A DNA stretch of 64,000 nt from an uncultured virus (IMG/VR IMGVR_UViG_3300008107_000530). Taxonomy: Duplodnaviria > Heunggongvirae > Uroviricota > Caudoviricetes. The DNA lies in IMG/VR virus record IMGVR_UViG_3300008107_000530. The stretch is one strand, 5' to 3'. The position numbers and the translations under genes are program-made. The notes below the pieces were generated by a model. The model saw only the letters and a list, made by a program, of their open reading frames with translations, was not told the DNA's origin and did not search any database. Numbering within the stretch: position 1 is the stretch's first letter; the number at the start of each line of letters is the position of its first letter. Below, piece after piece: positions 37,001-46,700 of this stretch.

Positions 37001-40000
37001 TGAAGCTGCGGAACATGTTGCGGACGATGTTGACGAACCGCTCCCATACCGTGATTGCCGCGCCCTTGGGGTTGATGGAGTTCAGCTTCGCCTTGAACTC
37101 CTCGTTGGCCCAGGTTTCCGCTACGAACTCATCCAGACTTGTGGCACCGTATGCGGTGTCGAGGCTGTCCTTTACATCGTTGAACAACGTGGTAAGTTGT
37201 TTCGTGTAGGGGTTCATCGGGTTGGCAGTGACGTGTGAGGTCATTGCATGCCCCAGTTCATGGAACAACACATGGTTGTTCATGCCGAACACGGAATCCA
37301 ACGAGATGGAGTTGGTGCGCGGGTCGTATAGCCCCGCTACACGTTTACCTGTGGCATCAGTCAAGTTGTCCACCGCCTGGACGGTGGTGTTCATCGGAAT
37401 GCTCAGATACAGCTTGGCCAGCTCAGCACTAGGTCCTTCGGACTCCGCAGCGAGTAGGCGCAACGCCTGTTTCAGGTCTCCGTTGTACAGCGCATGGCGC
37501 ACCACAGGGTGCAGGGGTACTGCGAACTGCCCAGCTTCTTCCAGACTCTTCGGTGTCCAGCCAAGATCTCTCCAGACTTCAGGCGGGGCCACTTTCTTGG
37601 GTTTGGCATACGCAGCGATCTCTCGTGCTGCTTCGATGGTGTCTTTTGCCGCAGCTTCCGCGTAGTCCCGGGTTTGTTCCTGTTCGGCATCGTGCCGAGC
37701 CATACCAACTTCGGTATTTCTGAGGGAGCGCTGATGCTCCGCTACAAACTTGTTGTACAGCGCCTTGGCGTCTGGAGACAGCTTCTCCTGCACCCACTTC
37801 TGCGCTTGCTGTGCAACCTTACCACCCGTGCCTTGGAACCGCGCCTTCTCAACCGAACCTTCACCTTCAGCACGCCGGTACTTTGAGGTCGGGTTCACCA
37901 CATCGAACGCAATGTCGTACAGGACATCGATCAGGTTCGATGACTTGGAGAAGTACGCCCGGGCAGCGGCAGCGGTCTCGCTGAGCTTGCGCGTTGTAGC
38001 TACAACACCAAGAATGGTCTTGCGGTCCCGAGGCGGGAGCTTCTCACCAGACGTAGGTTGATACCCCTTGCGGTCCAGTTCAGCCCAAGTCTTGCGTGCA
38101 TTCTCCTGCGCCCTGCGCTCATCCGGCGTCAGGTCTGCGTCTTCCGGTGCAGGTTTGGCTTCCTTCTTTTCAGTCTGCGGCGCGGGTTTTTCTATAGCTG
38201 GCGCAGATTTTTTATCGCTTTCCGTAGGTGGGGCAACTTTTTCTATAGGTGGCGCGGGTTCAGTGGGAGGTGCAGCAGCTTCATCGGCCTTGCGCTGTGC
38301 TTCCTCTGCACGCTCCAACATTTGTTGGGGTGTAAATTTAGGCGTAGAAGGGGTAGGTGCGGTCAGCAGCGAGGGGTCGAAGTCGTACCCAGTAGTTTCT
38401 TTCCACTGCTTGAGCTTCTGTTCAAGCTCGGCCTCAATCGCTTCGTACTCTGCACGTGCAGGTGAAGGTGCCTTGCCTTGTCGTGGCCGGAACGGTTCCC
38501 GCCCATCGGCGGTCATCAACTCACCCTTGCGCGTATTGATCCGACGCAGGTCCTCAAGGAGGGATTCCTGGGTTACCGGGCCAGCGGGAGCGACAGGCGG
38601 CGCAACAGGGGGCGCAACAGGCGGTGGGGGAGGAGGTGTGACAGGGGGCGGCGGTGCGGCGGCTTCTACTGCAGGGGGTGCAACTCCCTCTCCCATAGCA
38701 GGGCTTGGAGGAGGTTCTGCAGGGCGTACCACTGAAGGTTGTTCAGGTGCGACAACTCCTGCGGGGGTTGCTTCTCCAACGGGTTGCACAGGTACTGAAA
38801 CGCCCTCTCCAACAACGGGAGGGGTAGGTTGTCCAGCAGCATCTTGTTGTCCTTCCGGAGGGGCAGCAGCCTTACGCTTATCAAGCTCGGCTTGGACCGC
38901 CTGAATCAGATCCGACTTTTGTTGCTCTGGAGGCTTGGCCAACTGATGTTGCAGTGTGGTTTCCAGTAGACGGACAGGCCACGCATCCATCGGAGGGATT
39001 TCGGGCGCACCGGGAGGGGCGGCTTCCGCAGCGGGGGCAGGTTCGGGAGTAACCGCAGCTTCAGTAGTAACGGGGGCAGTAGCTTCAGTAGTAACGGGGG
39101 CAGTAGCTTCAGTAGTAACGGGAGCTTCGGGAGTAACGGGAGCTTCGGGAGTAACGGGCGGCTCAATGGCAGGAGGTGCCGGAGGGGCAACGGGGGTTTC
39201 AGGCGTGGGGGGTTGTTCCGCCGCAGCCCGCTCGTCCAAGATTCGCTGAGCCTCAGACTTCTGCCGCTGTGCTTGCGCAACTGCACCGGGAGCACCGAAC
39301 GCAGTGCCACCAATCGCCCCCTTGATGCTGGCGTTGAGGATACGGTCGATGTTCTTCTGGCTGAATACTTCTCCTGTGGCACCCGCAGTCTGCTCGGCCA
39401 AGATACCAAGAAGTTCTTGCGCACCTTCCGTCGCGGCTTCGCCCAATCCAGTCTTCGCCAATTCCTTGGCGATGTTTACCTTCAACGACTGAGGAACAAT
39501 CGTGGACTGCTGAATGAGTTCATTGGCGACCTTGGCACGGGCGGCAGGGGAGAACTGCCCCAACAAACGCGCAGGGATGATCGAATCCAACGCAGCTTGC
39601 GCAGCACCGAAAGTAATTGCGACACCCGGAGCAAGGTTACCCGTTTCCTCAAAGATGCCCTGAAATGTGCTTGGGGCATTCAACCCCAACGACGCGGTGC
39701 CGAGACCGATGTTGGTTCCGCGTGAGGCCCCCCTAGCCGCAACCTCTGCACCATAACGATCAGCAGCGCGTGCCGCGAGTCTCTCGGCGTAGATCTTCGC
39801 CGCGTCTTCAGACATCCCGCGTGTGGCGGCGGTCTGTGCGGCTTTCTCCGCAGCAAGACGTTCCAACCCGCTGGTCGCTACACGCTTACCAATCGCTCCA
39901 GATGCACCTGCACCCGTAAGCATGGCGATCATGTCTGGAGTCAGTTCGCCAAGAGACTCCGCTATGTATCCAGGCAGATCACCCGCACCGCGAATATCTC

Positions 40001-40334
40001 TAAACGACTTGAACGCGGTGGGGTACTTGAGTTCGGCTTCTTGTTGCTTGGCCTGAGCTTCCGCAAGTTGTTCCCGAGCATAAGCCTCGTTACCAACGAG
40101 AGACCCCGCGAGTGCGGGGATCAGGTCGGTGACGGTACTACCCAGGCCAGACACAGCGCGGCCAAAGCCGCCCTTGATAAGCTGCCCCAGTCCCAGTTCC
40201 CGGTAGTCCGGACGATACCCAAACTTTTGTTCTGCAAGAGCGGCAAGCCGCTGTGCCTGAGCCTGTACTACTTCATCCGGTGTGGAGTCGGGAAACGATA
40301 CAGGCCCATAGTTGGGTATCTGGACTACTTTCAC
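34053..40334 (-). CDS. large internal virion/ejection (polyvalent-type) protein with zincin motif
   Basis: 2093 aa, last late gene; Pro-rich linker; GLYDP..HVLFHELGH..LDEFVAE metallopeptidase motif. Confidence 0.7.
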   Translation of the reverse strand: MKVVQIPNYGPVSFPDSTPDEVVQAQAQRLAALAEQKFGYRPDYRELGLGQLIKGGFGRAVSGLGSTVTDLIPALAGSLVGNEAYAREQLAEAQAKQQEAELKYPTAFKSFRDIRGAGDLPGYIAESLGELTPDMIAMLTGAGASGAIGKRVATSGLERLAAEKAAQTAATRGMSEDAAKIYAERLAARAADRYGAEVAARGASRGTNIGLGTASLGLNAPSTFQGIFEETGNLAPGVAITFGAAQAALDSIIPARLLGQFSPAARAKVANELIQQSTIVPQSLKVNIAKELAKTGLGEAATEGAQELLGILAEQTAGATGEVFSQKNIDRILNASIKGAIGGTAFGAPGAVAQAQRQKSEAQRILDERAAAEQPPTPETPVAPPAPPAIEPPVTPEAPVTPEAPVTTEATAPVTTEATAPVTTEAAVTPEPAPAAEAAPPGAPEIPPMDAWPVRLLETTLQHQLAKPPEQQKSDLIQAVQAELDKRKAAAPPEGQQDAAGQPTPPVVGEGVSVPVQPVGEATPAGVVAPEQPSVVRPAEPPPSPAMGEGVAPPAVEAAAPPPPVTPPPPPPVAPPVAPPVAPAGPVTQESLLEDLRRINTRKGELMTADGREPFRPRQGKAPSPARAEYEAIEAELEQKLKQWKETTGYDFDPSLLTAPTPSTPKFTPQQMLERAEEAQRKADEAAAPPTEPAPPIEKVAPPTESDKKSAPAIEKPAPQTEKKEAKPAPEDADLTPDERRAQENARKTWAELDRKGYQPTSGEKLPPRDRKTILGVVATTRKLSETAAAARAYFSKSSNLIDVLYDIAFDVVNPTSKYRRAEGEGSVEKARFQGTGGKVAQQAQKWVQEKLSPDAKALYNKFVAEHQRSLRNTEVGMARHDAEQEQTRDYAEAAAKDTIEAAREIAAYAKPKKVAPPEVWRDLGWTPKSLEEAGQFAVPLHPVVRHALYNGDLKQALRLLAAESEGPSAELAKLYLSIPMNTTVQAVDNLTDATGKRVAGLYDPRTNSISLDSVFGMNNHVLFHELGHAMTSHVTANPMNPYTKQLTTLFNDVKDSLDTAYGATSLDEFVAETWANEEFKAKLNSINPKGAAITVWERFVNIVRNMFRSFMGKPSVSIETAYDSADRAIKAILSAAPEYREADLLFAATVNPKAPIVSRAIDSMFDYPAQVVGEDAANAASRFFATAGDTARRIGFSVMPLEVFVDVAKKYLPQAPRINELVRERAGDENARNQKIEGVVRKAEEWARRSGPTATERFDTVVYDSTTLKIDPTRPRKFYEDKYALASAVDLQNALDTWDRLNKLLDSTPGARNLYINMRDAYAELYNELLGAIDSRVDSSIDDPAARVRLKDELHAKLASKGEIDPYFPLTRNGNYWLSYNAKDAKGQTELYVEAFESPRERDRAIAAVKAAGATDVQKFSNVRELSYKNAPPASFVRGILETMEKSRPKGSVEQQRFDEAMESVLRMYLTTLPETAIAQSFQRRKETEGFKKDSIRALREKTFSMSRQLSNMKYAARMYEVQQDMREDVIKMGKGAAEDNQLAKEYLDEMERRIKFAVSPTVSQTAQLINTVGFNYLLGFNVSSALVNLTQVPIIVMPMLGGKYGYGDAGKAITRAYKTFMSSGFGREVEILGAKGEKDKRRAAPSLDNYDFSDPNLPKEVKRYEALVREANKMGQFNRSMMYDTLEVDDRKSALTRINAFSGFMFHHAERLNREVSMMAAYDLELQRLNGKDATAEERALSDADKETRAAHQAIYLAEMTNGGSSAATAPPIAQNAVGKVLFMFKKYGVLMNYLLFKTAKEALRGETPEVRRAAFKQLAGIMATSGLFAGLQGMPLFGVVAMLYNMFKEDDDEDFGAVVRGFTGESMYKGLVNEVTGLSIAERVGLSNLIFRTSPVSSGSETLGEWAAQTFGGPAYGIASRLQRGLQMINDGEYQRGMEAMVPVFAANPMKAVRFATEGATTLRGDPIVGDIGPWNVAAQIFGFAPAEYNKQLEINSMLKGIDKAVTTNRTKYLREMYTASRMGDIDGALEAREKLQELYVKHPGLGDMEATIKRSLAQHERTTQTMYHGVVLSKSLRDELLQTAAEQED

Positions 40335-42010
40335 TGGGCTCCTCCAAGCTCACGCATTGCCTGCTCTACGGAGGTTATCCCAGAATCACGCCCAGTGGAA
40401 CCAAGGATGTCGCGCTTGTACATCTCTGCAGCGCGGTTAATAGCCGATTCTGCTGCGCCCCAGCCAGTTCTAGGATCGTACTTGATGCGCCCGTTGGCAA
40501 TATCGTTCAGCACGCGCTTGCCGTCTTCACTGCGGTTCAAGTAAGCACGCATCTCAGGGGTGACCGCCCCCGTGAAGAACTTGGAGTTGACATCCTGCCG
40601 TAGGGCCAACTCATCACGCATCGACGGAGGCTTGATCCCACCGATACCTTTGTTCGCCGCGAGGGCCGCACGCAACTGTGCTTGCTGGTTGGCGATTTCT
40701 TTCCGAGCAGTGGTAGCTTCCCGACGCGTAGCTGCTTGTTCAGCAACTTGGAACGCTTGCCCTGCCAACTGCATCTGGTTGTTGTCGAACGCTTTACGCA
40801 GGCGCTGGTATTCGTCCATCTTCTTTTGATAGAGGTCGAACCGGTTCATAGCCTCGGCGCGGCGGGCTTCTTCTATAGTGGACTCCATCTTGATGATGAT
40901 CGCCTGCTGTTCATTTCGCAGCTTGTTGAACGCCGCGTCTTGGGCCTTCATACGATCTTCATAGGCGAGGCCACCGCGCCCGGCGTTTGCCAAGTTCTGC
41001 CAAGCCTTTCCGCCCCGAGCCCCAGCAAGGAGAAACTCCTGCAGCCCACGCATAGCACGACCCTTCTTCTCCTCCTCATGCGTCATCGCCTGCTTGTTGT
41101 ACATCTCCTGAAGTTGTTTGATGCCAGACTCCAGCTTCTGCCCTGCGGGACCGGTAATACCAGCAGCCTTGAGCGCCGCATCCATGTCGGCGTTGATCCC
41201 TGTTTGCGTGGGGGCCTGTTGGTCAAACTGCCTCTTCAACGCGTCATCAACGTATTTTGCGTAAGGGTTTACATCCGGCGGCTCAGCAGCGGGCATCGCG
41301 GGAGTGGTAGGTTTGGCCGCGCCGGGGGCATTGGGCACCCGAGTAATCTTCATGGGCGCTGCCGGAGCCGGGGCCGCAGCGGCAGGTGCCGAAGGCGCTG
41401 CTGGAGCTTGAGAAGCAAAACGCCTCTTAATCTCCTCCTCTGGGTAACCCATCTGCCGAAGCTCGGCAGCGGTGAACATACCCTTCTTCCCCCCAGGGCC
41501 GTATGCTTCAACACGCGGCTCGTTACTGGGAGGTTCAGAATACGCAACCCCTTCGGCTCCCGCAAACTCAGGCGTCAGACCGCCCGGAGCGAACCCGAGT
41601 TCGTCATCGTCGTAACCCAAAATCCCGCCAGCACGCAGGGGGACGATATCCGGCTCCAAGCTGGTGATACCTTGAGGGCGGTTTTGCTGCTGAATCTGCT
41701 GCGCCATCTGCTGCATGGCTTGCTGGTCCTGCATCTCTTCTTGACGCATCGCAGGTAGGGCAGTGTCACGGACATCCTGAAGATCAGGCTCCGACATACC
41801 TTCATCTGCTGCCCCCATATCAGGGGCCATATTCTGCGCCGCTGCCGCTGCTATCCCCTCGGCCACAGAAGGCGTTGGCGAACCGCCCCCCTGCTTTTGG
41901 GACATCAGGTAATTAACCAACCCCATCAAGTCTTGCAGGGGCTTCGGCACATTGGCGGACGCCGCACGGGGAGGCTGACCAGCTTGGATGACAGATTCGA
42001 TGCCGTTCAT
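40331..42010 (-). CDS. putative internal virion protein
   Basis: Ala/Gln-rich and helical; AGGILGY and FAPGG motifs; start set at ATG 42010 behind GAGGT. Confidence 0.6.
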   Translation of the reverse strand: MNGIESVIQAGQPPRAASANVPKPLQDLMGLVNYLMSQKQGGGSPTPSVAEGIAAAAAQNMAPDMGAADEGMSEPDLQDVRDTALPAMRQEEMQDQQAMQQMAQQIQQQNRPQGITSLEPDIVPLRAGGILGYDDDELGFAPGGLTPEFAGAEGVAYSEPPSNEPRVEAYGPGGKKGMFTAAELRQMGYPEEEIKRRFASQAPAAPSAPAAAAPAPAAPMKITRVPNAPGAAKPTTPAMPAAEPPDVNPYAKYVDDALKRQFDQQAPTQTGINADMDAALKAAGITGPAGQKLESGIKQLQEMYNKQAMTHEEEKKGRAMRGLQEFLLAGARGGKAWQNLANAGRGGLAYEDRMKAQDAAFNKLRNEQQAIIIKMESTIEEARRAEAMNRFDLYQKKMDEYQRLRKAFDNNQMQLAGQAFQVAEQAATRREATTARKEIANQQAQLRAALAANKGIGGIKPPSMRDELALRQDVNSKFFTGAVTPEMRAYLNRSEDGKRVLNDIANGRIKYDPRTGWGAAESAINRAAEMYKRDILGSTGRDSGITSVEQAMRELGGAQ

Positions 42011-42018
42011 ATGTGACC

Positions 42019-43737
42019 TCAACCGTTCGGGAACAACTTCTTGATTTGATCGGCCAACCCCATCAGGCCCCCCAACGTACCAGATAGTTGCCCCAGACCC
42101 GTCGTAGCCTCAGAAGTGGTTTGCGTACTTACGGGCAGGCCCTGAATGAGGCTTTGCTGGAACTGCAACTGCTTGTAGGGGAAGAGACGCTCCTCCTCAA
42201 ACTGAGCACGATCCGCTGCGATACCTTCGGATTCGATATCGCGCTGTGTTCTCCCCATACCAGACATCATGTCCGCAAGGGTCTTGGCTTGGCCTTGCTC
42301 GGTGTTGAACTGCCCCATCGCCCGGTCGTAGGCGTTGGCATACCCGGTGCCGATTGCTTTGTTCTGCTCTTGCAGAAGGTTACGTTCAAGCTCGGAGGAT
42401 TCAATTGCTTGTCGTCCACCCCCCATAGCACTGAACGCCCCAGCACCGCCAGCCCCACCAAACTTAGCGCCGAGCTTGGTGCGAGAGATATCCCCTTGAC
42501 GGCGCATTTCCTCAAGCTGCGGAGTCAGCACCGCCTGCAGGTATGGGTTCATGTACTGGGAGGCGATGCCGCCTGGACCAGTTTGTTGCCCAGTGACTCC
42601 CGTAGAAGTCATGGTAGGAAGTTGGTAAGCATCGGTAGAAGAGAACGTCTGCCCGAGCTGCCCGGGGAACGACAAACCTTCCAGCCCAGTGGAAACCTTG
42701 CTCTGCAGTGCCGAGGGACCTGCCGTCAGGGGGCCGGTGTAGGCTTGATACGGTGTAGCGGCAAGTGCTTGCCCTTTCCCCATGTAGTCCGCTACATAGG
42801 GTCCGATATATGCAGACAGATTCGATTCTGTGCTGGTGTCCCCAGCCAATCCACCTGCATCAAATGCAACCGCACCGCCCTCGGCAAATCCAGCAATACC
42901 CCCAGGAGTGAACTTGGCCGGGTTGATCTGCCTACCTTGCTTCTTGGTTCCCGTACGCGCCTGCCGCACCCGGTCCATCATCTTGTAGAGGATCTTGGCA
43001 CCTGCATCGGAATTACCGTTACCAAGGTGGGAGACCACATCAGCCGGGATGACGAACTCACCATGACTTAGTTTGGCGGGACGCTTGCCGTCGATGGAGC
43101 TTGGGATCTTGTCCGCCATACCGTCTGTCTCCCCGCGCAAGTATCGAGGAGGTAGAGCCCTGCCACCTCGGGCAAGCCCCATCAGCCCACCTTGAGCGGC
43201 ACCTGATGATTGTTTGTACTCGGCGTCGGTATCCCCAGGAGCCCCCGTAGTTCCAGAAGTCCCCGTAGTTCCAGAAGTCCCCGTAGTTCCAGAAGTCCCC
43301 GTAGTTCCAGAAGTGGGAGCCACAGTCGGCGCATAGGTGACATCGGTGAAATACCGGCGTCCAGCACTACCGGGCCTACGTGCGGGAGAACCCGCAGCGG
43401 GTACAGGCTGCGCAATCTGGGACCGAGTGGCGGTCAACGAGGGGATACCCCCACGGTAGCCGGGGGGCTTGCTGCTTTTGAACGCCCCTAGAAGTCCGCC
43501 AAGCCCCGCCAATCCAGCGATCTGCCCAGCAGCGCCGAAAGGAGAAGTACCGGTAAAAAGTTTACGTATGTCGTTCCATGAGAAATTATCCATGTTCGAC
43601 GTAAGTTGGTCCCAGTATGTTGGAGACCGCAGGCCGGTATCTTCGTTACCCCCCACAGTGCCTGATTGCTGGTCAACCCACTTGCCGAGGTCTTCATCCC
43701 AGACGGCAACGCTTTCGGTATCATTAGGGTCAGACAT
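42019..43737 (-). CDS. putative internal virion/DNA-transfer protein
   Basis: GETDGMADKIP..LSHGEFVIPADVVSHLGNG, YMNPY, GGGRQAI motifs; TSGTTG repeats. Confidence 0.65.
   Translation of the reverse strand: MSDPNDTESVAVWDEDLGKWVDQQSGTVGGNEDTGLRSPTYWDQLTSNMDNFSWNDIRKLFTGTSPFGAAGQIAGLAGLGGLLGAFKSSKPPGYRGGIPSLTATRSQIAQPVPAAGSPARRPGSAGRRYFTDVTYAPTVAPTSGTTGTSGTTGTSGTTGTSGTTGAPGDTDAEYKQSSGAAQGGLMGLARGGRALPPRYLRGETDGMADKIPSSIDGKRPAKLSHGEFVIPADVVSHLGNGNSDAGAKILYKMMDRVRQARTGTKKQGRQINPAKFTPGGIAGFAEGGAVAFDAGGLAGDTSTESNLSAYIGPYVADYMGKGQALAATPYQAYTGPLTAGPSALQSKVSTGLEGLSFPGQLGQTFSSTDAYQLPTMTSTGVTGQQTGPGGIASQYMNPYLQAVLTPQLEEMRRQGDISRTKLGAKFGGAGGAGAFSAMGGGRQAIESSELERNLLQEQNKAIGTGYANAYDRAMGQFNTEQGQAKTLADMMSGMGRTQRDIESEGIAADRAQFEEERLFPYKQLQFQQSLIQGLPVSTQTTSEATTGLGQLSGTLGGLMGLADQIKKLFPNG
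43243..43314. repeat. 18-bp perfect tandem repeat x4 (encodes TSGTTG)
   Basis: CCCCGTAGTTCCAGAAGT four times. Confidence 0.9.
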
Positions 43738-43758
43738 TTCTTGTCCTCAATTTTGGGG

Positions 43759-46700
43759 TTACCTGCCCAAGAGACGCATCAGATCTGCGAGGGCTTGTTC
43801 AGCGGAGCTTAGTTGTGATGCGGGGGCTTCAGCCACTGCACGGGGTCCAGGCACATTCCGTTGTTCTGGGGCGGGGGGCGGTGCAGGTTGCTCAACTTGC
43901 TCCCCTTGGTTTCTCTGCTGCCATTCGCGTTGCTTCTCTGCCTGCTGCCGTTTCCATGCCTTATAGAACGGAGTTTCCAGATCGGGTTCCGGCACATTTG
44001 CAAGTAGGTCTTTGTATTGTGCCTCACGAGCTTGCGGAAGTGCAGCTAAACCTGACGGAGTTGTGCCCGTTGTGCCGGTCGTACCGGTAGTGGAAATTGG
44101 TTTAGCCGTAGTAACCGGTGGCGCAGTTGTTGGCGGAGCCGTAGTTGGCGGGACCGTAGTTGGCGGGACCGTAGTTGGCGGGGCCGTCGTAGGAGGCGGA
44201 GGTGGAGGCGGAGGCGGAGGCGGAGGCGGAGGCGGAGGCGGAGGTGGAGGCGGAGGTGGAGCAGGGGGCGCAGTTGTTGGCGGGACCGTCGTAGGAGGCG
44301 GAGGTGGAGCAGGCGTGGGCGGAGGTGGAGCAGGCGTGGGCGGAGGTGGGGCTGGAGGTAACGTAAAAGTAATTACCGGCGTGGGTGAGGGCGACGGAGC
44401 AGGTTCCGGAGCAGGGGCAGGGGCAGGGGCAGGGGCAGGTCCCGGAGCAGGAGCAGGTTCCGGAGCAGGGGCAGGGGCAGGGGCAGGGGCAGGTCCCGGA
44501 GCAGGAGCAGGTCCCGGAGCAGGTGAGGGTGATGGCGACGGAGCAGGTCCCGGAGCAGGAGCAGGTCCCGGAGCAGGTGAGGGTGATGGCGACGGAGCAG
44601 GTCCCGGAGCAGGAGCAGGTCCCGGAGCAGGTGAGGGTGATGGCGNNNNNNNNNNNNNNNNNGGAGCAGGAGCAGGTCCCGGAGCAGGAGCAGGAGCAGG
44701 AGCGGGTGAGGGGGGTAACGTAAAAGTAACCAAAGGTGTCGGCGACGGAGCAGGTCCCGGAGCAGGAGCAGGTCCCGGAGCAGGAGCAGGAGCAGGAGCG
44801 GGTGAGGGGGGTAACGTAAAAGTAACCAAAGGTGTCGGCGACGGAGCAGGTCCCGGAGCGGGAGCGGGAGCGGGAGCGGGCCCAGGAGCGGGAGCGGGCC
44901 CAGGAGCGGGTGAGGGGGTAACTAATGGCTCAATTGGCGTTCCGGGCACCGGGACTATTGCAGGGCGAACTGCCGGATCAGGCTGATCCGCAGGAACTAC
45001 AGGCCCCACGGGAGGGGCTACAGGTACGACATTTGGTCGTGTATCTGGGTTAGGTTGGTTGTCTGGCTGGGGTTTAGGGACCGCTGCACCGCCTTCGGTA
45101 GGGAACACAAAACCGTAGATGTCTAGCATCTCTTGGTCAGTGAGATAGCCGTACGGAGTAAGCCGTTTACCTGTGATGACTACTTGTTGAACCTCTGGAC
45201 TTACGGTAACTGCTGGTGCGGTCGGTGCAGGGGCGGGCGCAGCCACATCCCCGGGGATAACAGCAGCGGCGGTTAACCCCAACGCCGTAGCCACGTACTG
45301 CATCAACGGGTTAGCCGACCGGGCTACCAACGCCGCGAATCTTGGGTCATTTGCCGCCATACGTGCTATGGCGGGCATAGCGGTTTCAACTGCTTCAATC
45401 GCTACCGGAACCCCCCGAGCAAGTCCAACCGCCAAGGCAGGTAGCGCCGCATACTGTTCGGTGGGCGCGTTTTCTTGTATTAGCCGGTTGACGTAGGCGT
45501 TTAACTCATCGTCAGTTGTAGGAGTAGGGAGTTGATCTACGGGGGTATTTCGATCAAGATACGCAGCGCCTGGGGTATAAGCTGAATAAGTTGGTTGTGT
45601 TGGCGCAGGGGTTGGCTGCAGAACATCCTGCGACCGTGACGGGTCGGCATAGGCAGCGGATACCGTTTTACCGGTCTGGTACTTATCTATCTCAGAGCCA
45701 AACCCCTGAATTGCAGAAGTTATGGCAGCTTGGTTACCAGAGCTAATAGCAGTAGCAAGCCGACTTGCGGACGTAGCAAGCCCCAGCTCAGGGCTATCGA
45801 TGAAGTTGTTAGCCCCAGCCAGAACTTGGGTTAGGTCTCCAGACTGAATACCCTTGGCGATGCCGATTGCCGCGCCAATGTCTTTTGAAGACAGCCCCGA
45901 CGATTGCAGTACCCCCGCAGATCCTGTGGTGATCGCACCAGAAGCCGCAGCCGTAAGAACACTTCCAAAGTTCCCAGTCGCCAATGCGCTCGGCAGTGCT
46001 CCCGCAGCGCCTGTAATCGCACCCTGAACAGCTTTACCGGCGATATCTCCGGCTGTACCGCCCATCTGACTTGCAATCTGCGCGCCTGTGGTCTGAGCAA
46101 AATTGGCGACTGAGTTAACAGCGGCTTGGCTCAATCCACTTGCAGCGGCGGCTTTCAACGCATCTTGAAGGTTCCCACCTTGTGCAACAGTAAGCGCGGC
46201 GTTGATTGCTGCATTACCAATTGCCGTGGCCGTTGCGCCGGTCGCTCCAAGCGCAGTGCCGATACTTCCAGCCAAAGGGCCGAGCGCACCGGCGCTCATA
46301 GCGGTCATGATCAACGGAGCAAAGTCCGTTGCTATTGTCTCTACCGCCCCGCCTAACGTGCTGAAGAAATCTCCGAAGAATCCTCTACTACCTTCTTTGA
46401 ACTGACCTGTACCCGTTACTTGCCCAGTGGCCCTATCAATAATCTCATAAGGCTGACCGGCACCTGTTTGCCCAGTTTTGTACCGGTATACGTATTCAAC
46501 CGCCCCCGGTGCTTCGCCTGTTTCCGCGCTAGCGGGTTGTGAATACACAGGTTGATATGTGTACTCACCAATAGTCCTCGTGTCGTATTCATTTGTACCC
46601 CAAGACCATGCGGCAGTAGGCGCAGGAGTAGGCGCAGGAGTAGGCGCAGGAGTAGGCGCAGGAGTAGGCGCAGGAGTAGGCGCAGGAGTAGGCGCAACGG

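Noticed and set aside
44012..44986. Gly/Ala silk-like or collagen-like plus-strand ORF
   Set aside because: Reverse complement of the Pro-rich repeats; opposite to the late operon direction
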